Assembly (NCBI GenBank): GCA_041583235.1
Contig: JBFHGG010000003.1
Coordinates: forward strand, 3,823 to 67,822
Source of the DNA: Halarcobacter sp.
GTDB lineage: Bacteria; Campylobacterota; Campylobacteria; Campylobacterales; Arcobacteraceae
Direction: 5' to 3'
DNA length: 64,000 bases
The translations under genes and the position numbers were made by a program. Under the pieces are notes generated by a model. The model made no database searches and was not told the origin of the DNA. It was given only the letters and a program-made list of their open reading frames with translations. Positions 61,466 to 64,000 of the stretch are shown here, one piece after another (positions within the stretch are counted from its first letter, which is position 1; the number at the start of each line of letters is the position of its first letter).

Positions 61466-62125
61466 TCATAATTTATTACTTTTCATAAATTCAATAATCT
61501 TACCATGAAATCTGCAAAAAAGTTTATTTAGAGATATTTTGTAACCATAAAGTTCGCATATTTTATCAAAGTTTTCATTAATTCCATATTCACACCAAGC
61601 TTGCAAATCTTCATAAGATTCAAAGTCATATCCAAAATAAGATACTAATCTTTGTGTATATTTATCAACTACCATAAACTCTTGATGGCAAGCATAACAT
61701 AAAATTGCATCTGCAGTTTCTAATCCAATACCTTTTTGAGATAGTAACCACTCTTTTGTAACATTTTCACAGAAATCTTCAAAAGTATTAAACTCTTCTA
61801 AAATATTTTTTGCTAATTGTTTTATTCTTTGCGATTTTTGATTTTTAAAACCACTTGGTGTTATTGCCAAAATAAAAGTATCCATATCAATATTTGCTAA
61901 GGCTTCTAAAGATAAGGCATCTATTTTTTTTAGATTTTCTAAGGATATTTCAACATTTGTCCATTTTGTATTTTGTGTTAGAACAGCACCAATTAAAATT
62001 TCAAATTCATTTGTTCTAGGCCACCAAAACTCTAAATGATTTTCTAAGAGATTTTGATTTTTTAAAAACTCCAAAAGTTCAAAACTATTTGAAATTTTAG
62101 GAAGGTCAATATTTTTATTAATCAA
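61466..62125 (-). CDS. HhH-GPD DNA glycosylase (endonuclease III-related, no Fe-S cluster)
   Basis: FEILIGAVLTQNT.W.NV, GIGLETADAIL and VVDKY motifs. Confidence 0.88.
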   Translation of the reverse strand: MINKNIDLPKISNSFELLEFLKNQNLLENHLEFWWPRTNEFEILIGAVLTQNTKWTNVEISLENLKKIDALSLEALANIDMDTFILAITPSGFKNQKSQRIKQLAKNILEEFNTFEDFCENVTKEWLLSQKGIGLETADAILCYACHQEFMVVDKYTQRLVSYFGYDFESYEDLQAWCEYGINENFDKICELYGYKISLNKLFCRFHGKIIEFMKSNKL

Positions 62126-62957
62126 TTATTGCATCCGTTTTTATTAAGTCACTTTTATTACAAAGTTTTTTTAATTTAAATGAATTTATAGCTTTCCCAT
62201 CTTCTATATCTACAATCATCATTTGGAAAATTGATTTACATGCATTTGGAACTTCAAAGTGGCCACCTAGTCCTGTTGTTGCTTTAGAAATGGGAACTTT
62301 ATTATCCATGCCAATTATATTATCCCTACAACCTGTAAGTCCTATATCTGTTAAATAAGCTGTATTATCTAGAATTTGTAAATCATCAGTTCCTACATGA
62401 GTATGTGTTCCACAAATAGCACTAACTTGACCTTTTAACATCATAAAAATAACTCTTTTTTCACTAGTTGCTTCAGCATGAAAGTCTATAAAAATATTTT
62501 TTATATTTTGCTCTTTTAATTCATTTACTAATTTAACAGCCCAATTAAAAGGATTTTCAACTGTTGGCATTGAAAATTGTCCCATTAAATTTATAACTGC
62601 TAATTTTTCTGTTTTTTCAGTAGAATCTTCATTAGAGGTTTTTATTTCAAATATTTTTATACCAGAACCTGGAACTCCAGGGGGATAATTATCAGGTCTT
62701 AAAACATTTTTAGTTTCTAATAATACAAACATCTCTTTTTTCTTATCAAAAGTATGATTTCCACCAGTAATAACATCAATTCCAGCTTTTAAAAGTTCAT
62801 CACAATTCTTAATAGTTAAGCCAAAACCATGACTTGCATTCTCACCATTTGCTATTACAAAGTCAATATTATATTCATCTTTAATTTTAGATAGATTTTC
62901 TTTTATTATTTTACGACCAGGTCTACCTACTATATCTCCAATAAATGCAATTCTCAC
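62118..62957 (-). CDS. YmdB-family (TIGR00282) metallophosphoesterase
   Basis: GDIVG, NGEN, GNH, DFHAEATSEK and GTHTH motifs. Confidence 0.92.
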   Translation of the reverse strand: MRIAFIGDIVGRPGRKIIKENLSKIKDEYNIDFVIANGENASHGFGLTIKNCDELLKAGIDVITGGNHTFDKKKEMFVLLETKNVLRPDNYPPGVPGSGIKIFEIKTSNEDSTEKTEKLAVINLMGQFSMPTVENPFNWAVKLVNELKEQNIKNIFIDFHAEATSEKRVIFMMLKGQVSAICGTHTHVGTDDLQILDNTAYLTDIGLTGCRDNIIGMDNKVPISKATTGLGGHFEVPNACKSIFQMMIVDIEDGKAINSFKLKKLCNKSDLIKTDAIID

Positions 62958-63019
62958 GTAAATTCCTTAAATAAAACTTCTTTTTATATAATATTGTGCG
63001 AATTGTATCTATTAAATAG

Positions 63020-64000
63020 TTAGTTTTCTCTTTTAGTAAGTTCTTTTGCGCACTTATAAGCTTGAGCAAAATAGAGTTGAAAATTATAACCTCCAAGCTC
63101 TCCTGTAATATCTAAACACTCACCTATGAAATATAAATCATCTTGTTTTAAACTTTCAAATGTTTCATGATTAATTTCATCTGTATCTATTCCACCACTT
63201 GTAACTTCTGCTTTTGTATATCCAAAGGTTCCTGCAGGTGAGAATTCATAATTTTTAAGAAGTTTTAATTTTTCTTTTTCATCATTATTTAAAGAAGAAA
63301 GAGCTTTGTCTTTTAAATCAATTGAGTTTAAAAACTCAAGCATAAATCTTTTAGGAAGAGGAAAAGCAGTGCTTATTTTTTTATTACCTTTTAAAAAGCT
63401 TTCAAGTTTTTTATTTGGAAGGAAATCAATACTCATTTTTCCTTTTTGCCAATATAAAGAAGAGTTTAAAATAACTGGTCCAGAGCATCCTTTATGGGCG
63501 AAAAGTAAAGAGCCATCAAAAGTTTTTTCTCCTACTTTTGTTTGAACCATACAAGATAAACCACTTAAGTTTTTAAACCAGAACTGGTTTTTTTGAACTG
63601 TAAAACCTACAAGAGCAGGCTTTGTTTTATTTATTGCATGTTCAAATTTTTCTGCTATATCATAAGCAATGGAAGAGGCTCCTAATCCAACATAAGATAA
63701 ACCGCCGCTTGAAACAATTACTTTTTTTGCTTCAATTACTTGTTTATTTGTTTTGATTTTAAAATGAGTATTTGAGTCTTTTTTAAAAACTTCAATATCT
63801 AAAACTTTTGTATCCATAAATTTTTTTGTATGTGTTGTAAGTTTTTCAAACATAGAAATTACATCTTTAGAAGAATTACAAAAATATGTTCCTTTTACAA
63901 TTTTTGCATTAACTTTTGGGTAAACACCATTTTTATTTAAAAAATTTAATAAATCTTTATTTGTAAAAGCATTTAATGTATTTTTTGTAAACTCTTCATC
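63020..64000 (-). CDS. HI0933/BaiN-family flavoprotein, 5' part outside the window
   Basis: SSGGLSY, LLFAHKG.SGP, AEVTSGG, GECLDITGELGGYNFQ; the frame stays open to the window edge. Confidence 0.88.
   Translation of the reverse strand, partial: DEEFTKNTLNAFTNKDLLNFLNKNGVYPKVNAKIVKGTYFCNSSKDVISMFEKLTTHTKKFMDTKVLDIEVFKKDSNTHFKIKTNKQVIEAKKVIVSSGGLSYVGLGASSIAYDIAEKFEHAINKTKPALVGFTVQKNQFWFKNLSGLSCMVQTKVGEKTFDGSLLFAHKGCSGPVILNSSLYWQKGKMSIDFLPNKKLESFLKGNKKISTAFPLPKRFMLEFLNSIDLKDKALSSLNNDEKEKLKLLKNYEFSPAGTFGYTKAEVTSGGIDTDEINHETFESLKQDDLYFIGECLDITGELGGYNFQLYFAQAYKCAKELTKREN

Overview
A 64-kb, very AT-rich chromosomal window with gene content and order typical of Arcobacteraceae (Campylobacterota); the taxon is inferred, not searched. 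It holds about 62 protein-coding genes, mostly housekeeping (acetate uptake and activation, aroQ, folK, two mnmA, prs, lepA, hisHA, leuA, ftsH, prmA, dusB, dksA, accD, metK, glmS, groESL, panD, xseA, ubiE), plus signalling genes and a few accessory ones. I found no rRNA, tRNA, CRISPR array, transposase or integrase. The most interesting signals lie outside the ORF track. (1) A ~125-135 nt three-hairpin element occurs twice, upstream of aroQ and of mnmA1, with compensatory base changes in its stems; its last hairpin recurs just before the SD of accD and ubiE. (2) A D-type mnmA appears to have been inserted in front of the native C-type mnmA, leaving a decayed duplicate of the folK 3' end. (3) An unannotated 25-aa Leu-rich leader peptide behind a perfect TTGACA-17-TATAAT promoter precedes leuA. 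(4) A promoter-to-terminator small transcript candidate lies between suhB and lysE. Also notable are a MutS7-type MutS-HNH, a nucleotidyltransferase/exonuclease pair beside actP, a CheA-less chemosensory cluster, a DUF1538-DUF1538-PII fusion and an orphan ParA-like ATPase. Protein calls rest on motif recognition only, and alignments were done by hand.
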